From Oopsacas minuta (taxonomy: Eukaryota > Animalia > Porifera), in the NCBI GenBank assembly GCA_024704765.1, contig JAKMXF010000309.1, positions 62,001 through 126,000 on the forward strand: a DNA stretch of 64,000 nt, read 5' to 3'. Of the stretch, positions 24,967 to 37,936 are shown one piece after another. The notes beneath the pieces are model-generated. The model had not been told where the DNA came from. It did not search any database and saw only the letters and a list, made by a program, of their open reading frames with translations. The translations under genes were made by a program, and so were the position numbers. How positions within the stretch are numbered: the stretch's first letter is position 1; the number at the start of each line of letters is the position of its first letter.

Positions 24967-25876
24967 TTAGAATATCTGTAGACAATTCTTATTAGCACCA
25001 CTCACAACAATAATTCTATCTTTATCATCTACTGTAATTCCTGATGGTTCAGGAATAGAGATTTTGTGGATACATTTATATTTAGAATTGAAAATACGAA
25101 TAGAATTAGAACCATAATCTGAGATTAGAATATTATCAGAATTGTCTAGAAAGAAGAAACAGGGAGATATCACTTGCTCTCCTTTTCCTCTAGAAATGAT
25201 ATTCTTCTGCAGAACTAGATCTTTATTGAAAATGTGTAGACAAGGATTTGATTTATCCAGGATAAAAATGTTGTCTCGATTGAGTTTGATATCACGCGGT
25301 TTTGTGAGAATATCTTTACCAAACTGAGACTTGTAATGAAGATTTTCTGAAAGTATTTGAATGCGATCGTTACACTGATCACAAATGTAAACATCTCCAT
25401 TTAATTCGTCGATTGTTATGCCCCAAGGATAATTAAACTTTAAATTTCCTTTTCCATATTTACCAACTTTGGAAATAAACTTTCCATCTAGTTGATAGCT
25501 CATTATACAGTGGCTATATTGAGAAATAAGAATTCTATTCCCAAAAATAGTTGAACCTCTCGGGGAGTCCATCTTACTTTCACCTCTACTGTCACAGAAT
25601 TTAAACAAATACTTAGCAGTACTGTCAAACACTTTAACACAGTGATTATATTGATCTGCTATATAAATATTTTCTGTTTGCTTATCTACAGTAACACCCC
25701 GTGGCCAGTTGAGTTTTCCATTTCCATATCCAAACTCACAAACACGAACTAGAGTGTTTCTTATTTGTATAATCGATTACTCCAGCTTTAATTTCAATTC
25801 TCTCCTTTATTCGATGTATTTCTAGAATAAAGTTATCTTCTCCATGATCTGTATCTTCTCTATGAGCAGTAGTCAT
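24967..25876 (-). pseudogene. NHL-repeat beta-propeller gene nested antisense in the TRP intron; frameshift near 25753
   Basis: Repeats such as FNYPWGITIDELNGDVYICDQCNDRIQIL and LNWPRGVTVDKQTENIYIADQYNHCVKVFD. The ATG at 25876 (MTTAHRED...VIDYTNKKH) is out of frame with the propeller. Confidence 0.75.
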
Positions 25877-26529
25877 TCTACAAATCTTAATTATAAGCTT
25901 ATTAAACTAAAATGGATATAAATAGAATAAGAATACTTTCAATGTAATATAATACTATAGCATTATATACAATACAAATAGATTGTTATGGATATTAAAG
26001 TAATACAAGTTATTCAATACAGTCAACTCCTGGTATATCCAAGCTCAAGGGGCCGTGATAAATACTGCGATATAAATCATGTAATATATATATTGCTTTG
26101 ACGGTCTGAGGCCATATTTGTATACAATTTAAGACTTGATATAATCGGGTATTTGGATGTATCTGTGTTTGATATAACAGGAGTTGACTGTAGATATTCG
26201 ATAGAGACAATGGATTTATGAAAGACAGTGCAACGTTAATAGGACAGCGTCGATGTATATACTCCGTATTAATAATAATATCCTGCCAATAACGAATAAC
26301 TCCCATTCAGATACGTAGTCAAGGATACCCAGATTATCCCGAGATGTTAAGAAATCCAGTGAAGAATTTGAAATCCTAGAAAATTTCTGTTCCCTTTTTC
26401 CAAATAATAGCCTGAGTTTGCTCCGTATTTTTGATGTAAAACTAGGAAATCCAGTGAATTTCAAAATCCCTACGATTTAGTTGATAAATACATACTCAAT
26501 AGAACGAACAATAAGAAATACAATGTCCA

Positions 26530-27150
26530 GGCAACAGACTTGTATTTCAGCTCAGGGTTATATATTTTCGTTCTTTTCCTGGGTGACGTGCCCCTTCTGA
26601 CCCCAGTGTAAATGCCGCAATGCACCAGGCCCGACTGATTTTGTGCTTATGAATCTGATAAATATTTCAGGATATTCAATATTATTCGTCTCCTAACGTA
26701 CTTCATGTTTTATCCTCAAATCATATTGATAAAATTCTGGATAATTATCCTACAATTACCCCCCCGGTCTAACTTTTGAACCGAAATCTCTAGCATCAAT
26801 TTTAAATATGTGCAAAAAGGTGTGGAAATATGATTAATCATATGATAAATCAGTTATATATATATATATTTTAAAATATCAAAATTGAAATCTAAATACT
26901 CGATTACCAATTACTAGCAGATAAAACGAGTTATCTAGCATGACTTTGAATAATATGCACAACGGTGTGAAAATATGATTATTCATATGATAAATCTGTG
27001 AATTTGTAACTTTCAGATTATGAAATTCTCAAAATTGGGCTCTACGCACCCAATTACCCCTGACAACATGTTGAAACCTAATATCTAGCTTGATTTTGTA
27101 TTTTACATAGAAAGGTGTGAAAATATGATTATCACCAAAAAATTGTGAAA
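26530..27150 (+). repeat. Interspersed ~600-bp repeat family (cagactggtagtgcag / caattacccc / aaggtgtgaaaatatgattaatcatatgataaatc)
   Basis: Other copies at ~24485-24615, 49400-49985 (-), 53095-53460 and 55845-56420; fragments at ~19930-19965 and 40390-40435. Confidence 0.7.
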
Positions 27151-27524
27151 TATTCACTATAGAAAAATTCATAAATCTGACTGTTAGATTTCGCACGGCC
27201 GCGCAGATGGACTGACGGAAGTACTGACGTAGCACAGCGTCCATGGCATTAGTGTATCTCCCTATAGAAGCTGCACTAAAAATTGAATTATAATACGTAA
27301 ACTCGAAAGAAGTTAGTATAACTTGATGAAAGGAGCCTTTGAAAGTCAATCCTCCTTTCCTGATTGTTTCAAAATATTTAGAAATATCCTGGGATTCGAT
27401 TCAAATTCCCAATGAATGACAAATATGAGTGTTTCACACATAATAATATGAACTATATACAAATTTTGTAATAAGCAATAGAAAATACAGAGATGGTAAA
27501 AATTAATAGATTACATTCCTTTAG

Positions 27525-28513
27525 TTATAATACATTCAAAGTACTTAGAAAGTGATAGAAACGGTTTCACGCCAGATCAGAAAGAATACCAACACAGCTC
27601 CATAACTGCTCTACAGATGATAGCAGATACAAGAGATATCGATTTAGCATTCCACCCTTGCATTAGGACAGTAGTTGACAAGAAAATGTGGAAGATTGGC
27701 AATTACTTCCTTCTAGCCGAAATTATTTATTTTATTTTCTTTCTTATATGCATTGGATTCATCTTTATATCAACAGCTGTACAACCAAATCCGAATATAT
27801 ACGATGAGCCAATAGACATAGTGAGAGGAATAGTTGAGGTTATAGTTGCTATTTTGTGGGTAACTCGTGTATTTTTCTTTGTGCTAGGCATAGTTACAGG
27901 TTTAGTATGGGAATACCATCGAGACACGTATGAACAAGGTGAAAATCATGACAAGACATTATCCAAAGGTAAACTTGCGTATAATGTAGTTAAAGGCTTA
28001 GCAAGTGATCCATTCAATTATTATAGTGTGATTTCTATTGTCAGTCTTTTCCTGGTGATGCCTCTACGTGCTGTAGATAGTCCAGCTCAATGGATATTCG
28101 CGGTGTGCGCAGTAATTTTCAGCTTTCTAGGGTTGCTCAAGACGATTCGCTTGTTGCCAGGGTTTGGTACGTATGTCCATACAATTACATTGATTATGAT
28201 CTATGATGTGCCGAAATTTACGATTGTATGCATAACATTAACTCTAGTGCTTTCTCAGTGCTTTTTTATTTCGCTTCGTGTTCCATATGGTAGTGGTAGA
28301 CCGGATAATATGAGTGCAGGATCATTAGGTGAAGAAGGAATGACTTCAGAATACCATTGGACTTTCCTATTGTTCGTTCGGTTGCTGTTAGAAGGACAGA
28401 GTATTCTGGAGCATAACTATCTTGCTGACCACTTAAACTGGATGAGTAGTGTGATATACATGTGTGCACTCTTACTTATGATTGTAATCCTTCTAAATAT
28501 TTTCATTGCTCAG
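27525..28513 (+). CDS. TRP channel exon encoding the pre-S1 region and S1-S6
   Basis: ttag| acceptor, phase 1, compatible with the 24048 donor. TALQMIAD...LAFHPCIRTVVDKKMW, six hydrophobic helices, ...ILLNIFIAQ|gtttgt. Confidence 0.85.
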
Positions 28514-29066
28514 GTTTGTTGTTTCAATAGTACATATCTTGGTGCATATTTTTAAAACAGTAAAATTTGGGATTTAATACTTCGTTTGTTGGACATTTCA
28601 TCCTCGGTGACATCATTTAATTGACAAATATTGAGATTTTCTATCGGATAAGTACTGTGGTCCATGGCGCAAAAGGTTAGGTAACATCGCCCTAAATGTC
28701 GAAGAAGATTTAGAGTGACGTAAGATATTTTGTGAGATTTTGGTGCTTATGTATTTTGATTTTTAGTGCGAATTGTTGGTATTCTGAACAAAATCTTCAA
28801 GCGGCGAAATTTCCGCTATTCGTGAATATATCAAGAAATTTTAAGGAGATCCTAACTTTCAAATTGGGCCTCTCATCTCCTCGAATGCATGTCGCAGGAA
28901 ATTTCGTTACATAGAAAATCAAGAGAATTTACTCCATAGCAAAAAATCTATTTTCTCCGAGCTCAAATTAGTTACCTATAATATTACATGTAAGGGTTCC
29001 ACACAAAACTTTTGGATAGCACTTTGGATACCTGTTATCAACAGATTTAAATATGTATTGATTTAG

Positions 29067-29235
29067 GTAAGTGATACCTATGCAACATCAAAATCTAAAT
29101 CAGAACGAGTTGTAGCACTATACCGCCTTGAATATATCGTACGTATCACTGTCAACACATTCGGAATGAGTAGGAAAAAAGGTTATGTCAACATTATTAA
29201 TCTGAAAGGAAACTACTGGAAGTCATTACAAAGAG
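29067..29235 (+). CDS. TRP channel exon (post-S6, TRP-like helix)
   Basis: tttag|VSDTYATSKSKSERVVALYRLEYIVRI...KSLQR g|gtgagt; completes the IAQVSDTY motif (cf. IAMMGDT in TRPV channels). Confidence 0.8.
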
Positions 29236-29684
29236 GTGAGTAGCTATTATATTACATTCAATTGTGCATAACAACAGGTTGCTAGAAGACCAATATGTTC
29301 ACGGAATTAGAGATTATGTCAAACGGAAATGATTTGTTTTAAAAATAAGCCTGTCAGATAACAATTTATTTGAAACGAAATTGCGAATCTTTACTAAAGT
29401 CTAGAAGTCGCAATGGAGCAAGTTTTCTTGGCCCGCCTAACGGCCAGAAGCTCAAACTGGGCCAAAGCCGACGTGGTCCTAAGCCTGCCTTCTGAAATTC
29501 GTCCCTAATCAACTTTGATATCCACCCAATCCAACTCAGATTTGAGAAATAAATATTTACATATGTGATAAAGCTGTTAAGGACTGAACAGAAATAATTC
29601 GAAATATAATTGCAGTTTATTCGGGGACCTACAGCACCGGGCGTGCGATTTCTAATACTAGCTCTCTAAATACTTGTATTATAG

Positions 29685-29896
29685 ATTCTGACGATATGTA
29701 TTCAGATATTCGCTTGTTACTGGAGAAACAACAGAGCAACTTTGACCAACTAAAACAATGTATAAGCACACTTAAAAAGATGGCACTGTTGAAGTTTGAA
29801 AGCGCAGGTTTAGATAAATGTTCTATTCAAAGTGACTGTAACTCTACTACAAGTATATGCAAAGATTTACCAGAAATAACTATGAATGAAGTATAA
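29685..29896 (+). CDS. TRP channel last exon (coiled-coil-like tail)
   Basis: tatag| phase 1, in frame with ORF 29696..29896 (DSDDMYSDIRLLLEKQQSNFDQLKQ...EV*). Confidence 0.7.
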
Positions 29897-30383
29897 CACA
29901 TAATAACATAAACAATCCCAAAATTTAATCAGCTGCAGATTATGTTACCATTTAGTATGTATTGCTCGAGCTATTTCATGTACTAATTCCAAATATTGGC
30001 TGTAATTTCCAGTTATCAGAATACAATAAGCCCCAATATTTTGTCCTAGGTGGAATTCTTCATTACGAGTCAGGACCCAGGGTATTATAATTATTTCCAG
30101 TTATTTACAAGGCCATGTCAGATAACATATAATATCTATATTTAACTGAAACTAAGTATGTTCACTAAGCACAGTGGAACCTCCCAAAACGGATACTCAG
30201 CCCAGACAAGCGGACAACTTCTTTACAGATGATAACTGCTTCGCAATTATCGTTACGTTTTCGGAGGTACAACTGCAATAAACGTATTACAGTATACTGA
30301 CAATATTCAATGAATTACAAGATTATCAAAAGTCAGAGTATAAACCAGCGAATATAACAGTGAATATGTTCATTATTATTAAT

Positions 30384-30647
30384 TCATTGTATCTGTTTCT
30401 GATCCACATTCTTCTGTTTAACGATATTCTTAATGTAATATTCTCCAGCTTTGTATGAAGATCTAACCAAAGGTCCGCTTGCTGTGTATGAGAACCCCAG
30501 TTGGTTACCTACACTCTCCCAGAATTTGAATTTCTCTGGTGTGACATACTCTTTAACTTTTATATGATTCTTTGTCGGACGCATATACTGACCAAGGGTG
30601 AGGCAATCAACTCCAGCGCTTCGCAGATCTTTCATAGTTTCTAGGAC
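30384..30647 (-). CDS. LIAS: Lipoyl synthase, exon 3
   Basis: ttag|[26 protein letters not shown]...[13 protein letters not shown], with the conserved RSSY motif. Confidence 0.95.
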   Translation of the reverse strand, partial: VLETMKDLRSAGVDCLTLGQYMRPTKNHIKVKEYVTPEKFKFWESVGNQLGFSYTASGPLVRSSYKAGEYYIKNIVKQKNVDQKQIQ

Positions 30648-30859
30648 CTAACAGATAGTAGTGTAATTCAGGGTGTGATAATCTCGCTGTACACTTTTGA
30701 GTTTTGATGCACTTTTATGAAAATATACAGTCTCGACAAATACCAAGGAAGTTCAGTTAATGTAATGGTATGACTCAGCCAAATACAGAAGCAAATATAA
30801 TTGTACGTACTTATAAAGATTGAACAAACATGTACAACATCCAGCGGTCGAAGTACACG

Positions 30860-30947
30860 CAGTGGCGGTCCCAAGGGGAGGGACAAACGGGGCAAATTCT
30901 TAGCCCCGACCTTGCCTCGGGTATGCAAAATCGTGGTACCGCCCCTG
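30860..30947. mobile_element. Short hAT-like MITE in LIAS intron 2
   Basis: Termini cagtggcggtcc ... gtaccgcccctg; near-TSD agtacacg/ggtgcacg; related copy at ~45863-45952. Confidence 0.55.
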
Positions 30948-32054
30948 GGTGCACGTTTCTTTTACGGAACGACTTAATTACGTACATACAATAGTTAAAG
31001 TGCGTTTTGTCATGTATGCTATTAATTAGAGAAAATGCATGATTTGATGTACTTGTAATCTACGTACAATAACTCAAATGTCTAGTCCTAGATATACTGT
31101 GCTATAACAAACCTATCGAGACACTAATAATGGAAATCTAATAATCCTAAATTTTTCTGAATAAAGAGGAGATGCTCTCCTTTTTCAGGTAACAATCTGT
31201 AGCGCCTTTCTTCAAATACAATTCCAGCACTACTACTAAATAATCTTTCACTATATACAGAGCTAGGTGGAGTACCCAAATATTTAACAAAAGTATCCGG
31301 TATCCGGCCGGATAACCGGGAAATTAGAAACCGGATATGTTATCCGGCCGGATGGGAAATGTTCATATCCGGTGCATCTCTACTATTAATATATTCAATT
31401 TGAATCTTGTATATGATCACAAATGATTTTTGTTTTCAAATGACCGAACTATACTCTATGTTGATTAAAATCATAAAATACCATAAATTGAGAAACCCTG
31501 GCTAATTTAAGAATTAAAATTTTCTCAACAAGTATGTATACGTAAATATCATTAAATATACTTTTAGAAAGGTAATTTGTTCTTGGTATGTGTATTGTAG
31601 TTGGTGCTTCACTGGGAATGTAAAACATAAATGCTTATTTATGGAAAGTAAGAACAAATACAGACAATGGAAATTGATTGTATAATCATAAATAGTGTGG
31701 AAAGCTGAATTTGACCTACGAACAGTTCGGGATATGCCTTACGGTTCTATAAGTATTCTAATGTTGGAATAAGTCCTACTCCATATTTTGGAATATATCT
31801 AATAAATATTGTTGCCCCAGTGTCTTAACTAGTTATTAAAGTTATCTGGAAAGATTTTTAATGGATTAGCGCAAGACAAATTCCAACCTTAGAATACTTG
31901 TAGGACAAATTCCCACTTCTCAAATAGTATAGAATCATAATAGAATTCTAAATTTCCCATTGTCAGAATGTTAAAGTATTATTTTAGAATACAGACTGAC
32001 GAATGGCATTTTCAAAATTCTGACAATCAATGCATACACCCATCACATAACTAC

Positions 32055-32412
32055 CTGGTCATCAGTTTCTCCAAATCCTAACATGATAGAAGACTTTGTA
32101 ACCATACTACATTTAGTCTGTTTCACATACTCTAACACAGCAAGACTCTGTGAATAATTAGCACGAGGATCTCTTACTAGCCATTGTAGTTGTCGGACAG
32201 TCTCTATGTTGTGTGCATACACATCTAGTCCGGACAGGGCAACCTGTTTCACTGCGTTCATATCACCGCGAAAATCTGGCGTTAAACACTCCACAAGAAT
32301 GTGTGGTGCACGCTTTTTCAGTTGTCTAACTGTTTCTGCGAAATGTTCAGCACCTCCGTCAGGCAGATCGTCACGGTCTACTGACGTTAGAACAACGTAA
32401 TCAACATTCCAA
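32055..32412 (-). CDS. LIAS: Lipoyl synthase, exon 2
   Basis: [25 protein letters not shown]...HNIETV...[14 protein letters not shown]; GT-AG boundaries in the correct phase. Confidence 0.95.
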
Positions 32413-32936
32413 CTACATGATAGACAAGCATAATCACAAATTAGCAAATTATCAGTGTTTTTTCATAGTTTTCGAATAAATAAGCTCAATATTTCTAAAT
32501 GAATTAGTCTTAATCAGATTTTTCAAAACTTAAGCAATAAACTGGTAAATATGCGCAATAACTTCATTCCTAAAAAAGTTAAATCACCTCCAAAATATGT
32601 CAAAGCTCTATACTTATCAAATATTTTGTAAACATTTCAATGAAGCACTAGTCCACCACCCATTACTTCTAGAAAAAGTCAGCGAAATAACAGCTAAGGA
32701 GGTTAGCTACATACGTAATTATATTAGGCCATTAACAAATGCACTATATAGTTAAATTCCGTTATATAAAGCTCATGGACCGGGCCGGGGTGATTACTTC
32801 GATATATCTGATGTCATTTATGTTACTTTGGCTATTTAGGACCAGTTCGGGACCTTATTGTATAGTTTTAGCCTTCGATATCAGCGGGTATTTACATATA
32901 TCTATGTTCGATAAGACGGGAGTTGACTGTATATAC

Positions 32937-33406
32937 CTTGCAATAGCTTCTGCAGTATTTCTGGGCTCATTCGGATCTGGCGGTTCGGGTCGTCTTACAG
33001 TCTTAACAGAACAGAATCTACAACCTCTAGTACACTCATCTCCCAAGACCATGATGGTAGCAGTAGCTGGAGCTCCCCCCTTACCCCCCCAACACTCCCC
33101 AATATTAGGACAACGAGCTTCTTCACAAACTGTATGTAGTTCGAGTCCACGCAGAGATTTCTTTAATTTTGAGAAATTCTCTCCATGAGGAATTTCAGTT
33201 TTTAACCAGGAAGGTAGTTTTAGATGTGTGCCTTTAACTCTTTTCAGCTCGTTCGGTGATTGTGGAGCCGATTGTAAGAACTGTTCCAAGCCTGGCCCCT
33301 TCGCGATTTCATTTCGCTTGTCACTCGATAGTGTACTGTTTATACGTACACAAACACGAGCCCAAATATTTGTCGTCTTCGGGATAGTATTTATACAGAG
33401 ATGCAT
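32937..33406 (-). CDS. LIAS: Lipoyl synthase, exon 1 (spliced CDS 1092 nt, 363 aa)
   Basis: CEEARCPNIGEC (CX4CX5C) and CTRGCRFC (radical SAM CX3CX2C); donor ag|gtatat at 32937/32936. Confidence 0.95.
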
Positions 33407-33544
33407 AGGGGATAGGAGGCTATCATTGTAAAAGTATTGATATTTTATTTATGTAATCAAAATTTGGTGATCTTGCCAATGCCGAATTTACAAAGGCCAG
33501 TAGTTTGTAATATTTTCATGCCCAAAATACGATTGAATATATTA

Positions 33545-33980
33545 TAATTACAACGAGCCTTTGGCTCGTCGCTTCGCGATGAACTCGGCGCATTGCGCCT
33601 CGAGGTATTCAACGGAAACAAACAGACAAATAACAATTGTAGCTAAATCATATTGATGTTATTTAAGATATTCAGACTCAGCATATTCGATTCTCCCAGT
33701 ATAGTCGTTGAAAGTATGATTCTAGCTCAATTTTGAAATTTGTTTACTTTATATTCATAAAAACAACAATAAATTTACATATGATTAATTCAAAAGTGTG
33801 AAAATCGGATTCAGCATGTTCGATATATTTACTGAAGTTTTATTGAATTCTATTTACTTCCTTGATAAATACGATAAATACATAGTTATGTGACAATTTC
33901 AAAATTGTATACCGTAAATCCTTTCCTTGACAACGGACAAACAAACAAACAAACAACAATTGTGATTTAATATATAGATT
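33545..33980 (+). mobile_element. Helitron/DINE-like non-autonomous element (most complete copy)
   Basis: GC-rich 5' stem region, internal (CAAA)n microsatellite after acaacggacaa, ends ttaatatatagatt; related copies at 2225 and 12975. Confidence 0.55.
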
Positions 33981-34259
33981 GTATAGTATTTCTCTGAATA
34001 GTAGCGTATACAATTAAACATATTTTAATCATATATCAGCCTTTTAAACTTTACGTATCGACAAAACTCACAGAAGCGAAGATATAATCAAGAAGTTTTT
34101 AGTATACATAGAATACGCTAGGACTATGAATTGTCTGATTGATATAAGTAATAGGTTAGCAATTCGATAACAAAGATTCTATAATTTCTAGTATCGATTA
34201 GTTTCTATCTGAAAAAGTAAATGAAAGGTCTATACAGCAAAACTAAAATCTCTCAAAAA

Positions 34260-35470
34260 CTAAATAGGAATATCTTGTAACATCCAATTATCTTTTCCAT
34301 CACAAACAACAAGATTACCTCTCTCATCAATATCCATACACATTGGAGATTTCAATCCATATGGAGTATTTTCTGATTCTATAGTACGAATCAATTTTCC
34401 TTGATTTGAGAAGATAAGGATTTGACTGTTAGTTTCATCTCGAAGGATTATCGTGTTTAAAGTCAAACAAATTCCTACTAAGTCATGGGTTAAATCCTCT
34501 CCAAGAATTACGCTGAGGATGCGACCATTTAAATCAAAAGCTTGAAGAGGGTAAATAGAATTCTTGAATAACACATAGAATATATCGTTAAAAATTTTCA
34601 TGTCTCGAAATGATACATTTGGTTGAGAACTGTATATGGAAGGTTGAATGGCAATGTGGGGACTAGTCAATGTGATTTGTTCTCGTTTAAGCATATAAGA
34701 GTTCCAACATTCTATAACGAATTGATTATTATCTATGCACATAACATAAATAGCTTCTTTGTAAATGTTAATAACATATCCCTAGGATTAAGTTTAACAA
34801 TTGAGAGAGTATCCAAATCAATTGTGGATATCTTAAAAAGATTAATCTTTGTCAAAACATATAAATAACGTCTGTCGATTGTCATGCTCAGAGGATTCCT
34901 AAGTTTAGTATGAGTATACGAGTCCAACATATCCCCTTTTCGTGTAAAAATTTTAATCGCATTTGCTTTATTATCAGCTACATATATCTTTTCCTTATAA
35001 ACTTTCATAGCTTGAAGAAAACCAGATAATTGGCCAGGGCCTTCTCCTTTAGTTACCTGTTTATCGATCTTCACATTTGTTGCTGATCCATCGATGTGAA
35101 TCAAATTTTCCAAATCATTAGGGATATTCCAAGAAAATTTAATTCTTGTTAGATTCTGAATTTGAGAGTTCAAATTTTCAATAGTTGAATCGAAGTTTTG
35201 AGAAAGTAATTTCAGGTGATTAGAATTTTGCATGGATTCTGAGAGTGTTACCTTCGATTCCAATGTTTGCGTTCTGCACTCTTGTAGTTCTTGTATTGAT
35301 TTCAAATTTTCGGAATAAATCGCATTGAGTTGATCAATAATAAATCTCTCTTGTAAATCTAAATTTGCTTTAATTGAATTGAATTTTGTCTGTATTTCAA
35401 ACTTAGAAGCATTCAAGTTGACAGTTAATTCGGCAATATAGTCTGGTTCACTGAGACGGAGACATTCCAT
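34260..35470 (-). pseudogene. Coiled-coil plus NHL-like propeller paralogue, frameshifted near 34740
   Basis: Two overlapping ORFs (34733..35470, 34260..34742) match the N- and C-terminal parts of the 36611..37936 protein. Confidence 0.75.
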
Positions 35471-35854
35471 GGAGCAATGAATCTAACTAAATTAGAAAGT
35501 AATATCCAATGAAGGTAAACATAAAGTGAGACTGAGAGAATTTGATTGGGGGATCAGAAATCACATGCTTTAAAATTTAAATATATTCCATTTTTATTGG
35601 AAAACGATTAAATTTCAATAATTCCTGAGCTCTGATAGAGATAAGTTATTCTCGGTGCTCAGTGTTCGTTCCTCAGCACGCACGATATTAGCTTATGGTC
35701 TGAAATGATTAAAAAACCTATGCAAAATCCTTCGGAATTGAATATTGAAAATTTTTCCTTATCGCTGTATATTCCCATGGAATGGGATTAACTATCAATG
35801 TAAATTCTGAAATTATCTAAATTGTATATACGCCTTAAACGTATAATACGTCTA

Positions 35855-36125
35855 GGCTAATCTCGAAATTTGAGATTTTGATATTTTTTATTTCGAAATA
35901 TCCGAAATTATTCATATATTTTTTCTTATATTTCGATGTCAATCTCGCCAATTTCAAAGTCGAGTAATACCATAGCTAAGTTAAAAACTCTAAGACTAGA
36001 GCAAAATATCGGAAATATCGGAAATATCGGAAATATCGGCGAATTTTTCGATACTTTCTTTTGGGAATTTCCGATATTTTCGAAATTTCGAAATTTTTTA
36101 AAACCCAATATATCGATGTCAATCC
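35855..36125. repeat. AATATCGGA 9-mer foldback-like repeat, second copy
   Basis: (aaatatcgg) x4 followed by ccgatattttcga units. Confidence 0.65.
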
Positions 36126-36610
36126 TTGTGTCTTCATTGAAAGTTGTATTAAACAACTTAGGTAGTAATAATGATAGCAGAATTTAGATTTTCAGATAAA
36201 TCTGATAACTTTTGTTTGCACGATATTGATAATGTAATTTGGTATATATTATCAAGTGAATGGCCTATTACTACAAGCCTGTAATATTATCTGGTTAGAT
36301 AAATTTTATGTTTTGAATAACATATTTTCCTGAATTGTAAGTTTCATATTGATAGGAAAATTGTTAGGTTAACTACCTAAGAGCCGTTGAAACTTTACTT
36401 ATCGATAAATGCGTATAAATGCACAACCAAACAGGGTGCAAATAGATTAGTTCAAAACCAGATGGCTACACTAGTTTAATATAGAAATATAAAATGAATG
36501 CATAATTGATATATCGGTCAACAATTCGACATAGAATAAATTGTAATTCTAGTATTATCTTGCTCCTATAAAAGTCTATACGGTACGGTATAACAAAAAT
36601 CTCTCAAAAA

Positions 36611-37936
36611 CTAAATAGGAATATCTTGTAACATCCAATTATCTTTTCCATCACAAACAACAAGATTACCTCTCTCATCAATATCCATACACATTGGAGA
36701 TTTCAACCCATATGGAGTGTCTGCTGATTCTATAGTACGAATCAATTTTTCTTGATTTGAGAAGATAAGGATTTGACTGTTGGTTTCATCTCGAAGGATT
36801 ATTACGTCATTTTCCTGTTGCATTAAAGTCATACCTACAATATTCCGAGTTAAGTCTTCTTCAAGAATTGCTCTGAGGCGGTTTCCGTTCAGGTCAAAAG
36901 ATTGAAAAAGGTAGATAGAATTACTGAATAAAATGAATATTTCAGTATTATGCAATTTGATATCATAGAATAATACAAGATTTTTGTTCTGCTGATAGCG
37001 GGTCTTTAACTTTGAATCACGAGAACTGGGAATATATTTATCGCGGTATAAACGAAGAGCATTTTCTCGGAATTTCAAACTAAAATTCCAACTTTCAAAT
37101 TTCAACCGCTGCTTGGAAAGACCATCATACCTTTCACCTTGTAATAAATAGAGACATTTTCCGTTAGTATCAATTACACCATAAGAAGAATTTATCTGTA
37201 AAATGAAAATAGTTTCTAAATTACGAGTAGATATTCTGAACAGTAATATTGATTCAGGATATCTGGTTAGGTGGTCGTCTGCGTCAGTATTCTGATCAGT
37301 CAGAACATATAAGTTATGTTTGTGTATAGTCATGCTTCCAGGTGATAACAACCTAGCATTGGTATAGGAATCCAAATATTGGCCACTTCGTCTAAATATC
37401 TTGATAGCATTCGCACTTTTATCAGATACATAGATCTTTTCTTCATATATTCTCATATCTTTGAGATTGCGTGATAATTTACCATTAGTCTTCCCCTGAC
37501 ACACATCTTTAACAATTTTTGTAGGAACTTGATCTTTATCTAGTGTCTTTCCAGTTTCGTCGATACTGATCAAATTTTCCCAAAGGTTATCGGGGATATT
37601 CCATGAAAATTTGATGCTGGTTAGATTTTCAATTTGTGAACTCAAATTTTCAAGAGTTGAATCAATATTATGAGAAAGTGATTGTAAGAGACTAGCATCT
37701 TGAGAAGCTTTAGATATTGATTCCTTCGATTCCAATGTTTGTGCTCTGAAAGTTTGTAATTCTTTAATAGTTTTCATATTTTCAGAAAATATTCCATCTA
37801 TTTGATCAATAATATTCTTCTCTTGTAAATCTAAATTTTCCTTAATCAATTCAAATTTTGTCTGTATTTCATTCTTAGAAGCTTCCATATTAGCAGTTAA
37901 AAGGGCAATATAATCTGGTATGATAGGAGTTGCCAT
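36611..37936 (-). CDS. Coiled-coil plus NHL-like beta-propeller protein (441 aa; TRIM-NHL-like tail without RING/B-box)
   Basis: Helical N-terminus (KNEIQTKFELIKENLDLQEK); propeller-type blades KIYVSDKSANAIKIF and LKSPMCMDIDERGNLVVCDGKDNWMLQ. Confidence 0.75.
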   Translation of the reverse strand: MATPIIPDYIALLTANMEASKNEIQTKFELIKENLDLQEKNIIDQIDGIFSENMKTIKELQTFRAQTLESKESISKASQDASLLQSLSHNIDSTLENLSSQIENLTSIKFSWNIPDNLWENLISIDETGKTLDKDQVPTKIVKDVCQGKTNGKLSRNLKDMRIYEEKIYVSDKSANAIKIFRRSGQYLDSYTNARLLSPGSMTIHKHNLYVLTDQNTDADDHLTRYPESILLFRISTRNLETIFILQINSSYGVIDTNGKCLYLLQGERYDGLSKQRLKFESWNFSLKFRENALRLYRDKYIPSSRDSKLKTRYQQNKNLVLFYDIKLHNTEIFILFSNSIYLFQSFDLNGNRLRAILEEDLTRNIVGMTLMQQENDVIILRDETNSQILIFSNQEKLIRTIESADTPYGLKSPMCMDIDERGNLVVCDGKDNWMLQDIPI

